Of a DNA stretch of 16,365 nt, positions 16,308 to 16,365 are shown piece by piece. A program made the position numbers and the translations under genes. How positions within the stretch are numbered: the stretch's first letter is position 1; the number at the start of each line of letters is the position of its first letter. The notes beneath the pieces were generated by a model. The model did not search any database. It saw nothing but the letters and a program-made list of their open reading frames with translations, and was not told the origin of the DNA. Origin of the DNA: Candidatus Bathyarchaeum sp. (lineage in GTDB: Archaea > Thermoproteota > Bathyarchaeia > Bathyarchaeales > Bathyarchaeaceae); the NCBI GenBank assembly GCA_026014495.1, contig JAOZIF010000058.1:1-16365 (forward strand). Direction: 5' to 3'.

Positions 16308-16311
16308 AAGA

Positions 16312-16365
16312 TGGAGCCTCGGGCGGGATTTGAACCCGCGACCTCTGCCTTACCAAGGCAATGCC
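16312..16365 (-). tRNA. tRNA-Thr(GGT), 3' portion; 5' end lies beyond the window; CCA encoded
   Basis: Reverse complement ...TTGCC-TTGGTAA-GGCAG-AGGTC-GCGGG-TTCAAAT-CCCGC-CCGAGGC-T-CCA; anticodon GGT, U73 discriminator. Confidence 0.93.

Noticed and set aside
1-16365. CRISPR array, IS elements, tRNA introns, selenocysteine or pyrrolysine readthrough
   Set aside because: No regularly spaced repeats, transposase motifs or bulge-helix-bulge insertions in the visible tRNA sequence; the only in-frame stop of note is the TAA at 14979-14981, which is not a Sec or Pyl codon.

Overview
Archaeal chromosomal window, most consistent with a TACK-group archaeon such as Bathyarchaeia (lineage is inferred from gene content and protein style). 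It is mostly housekeeping DNA with a strong tRNA/translation theme: partial nucS, a class I methyltransferase, elp3, gatD, gatE, tRNA-Leu(GAG), trm112, a Trm5-family enzyme and a partial tRNA-Thr(GGT). It also carries a UbiD-family decarboxylase, an AEC transporter, an orphan beta-class DNA methyltransferase, a three-gene nucleotide-sugar/glycosylation cluster, and a divergent receiver-domain / ribbon-helix-helix regulator pair. I see no transposase, integrase, CRISPR array or clear defence island. The strongest leads are: (1) an intact nucleotide-sugar dehydrogenase homolog that has lost its catalytic Cys and other active-site motifs; (2) a minus-strand unit made of an unannotated 36-aa basic ORF, a Trm5 that apparently starts at CUG behind a Met-Ile-stop mini-ORF, and a Trm112 that apparently starts at AUC; (3) a kinase-less REC/RHH pair with clustered AATGT repeats; (4) kb-scale G+T versus A+C strand-skew blocks. 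All family calls come from motif recognition by eye; no searches were run.
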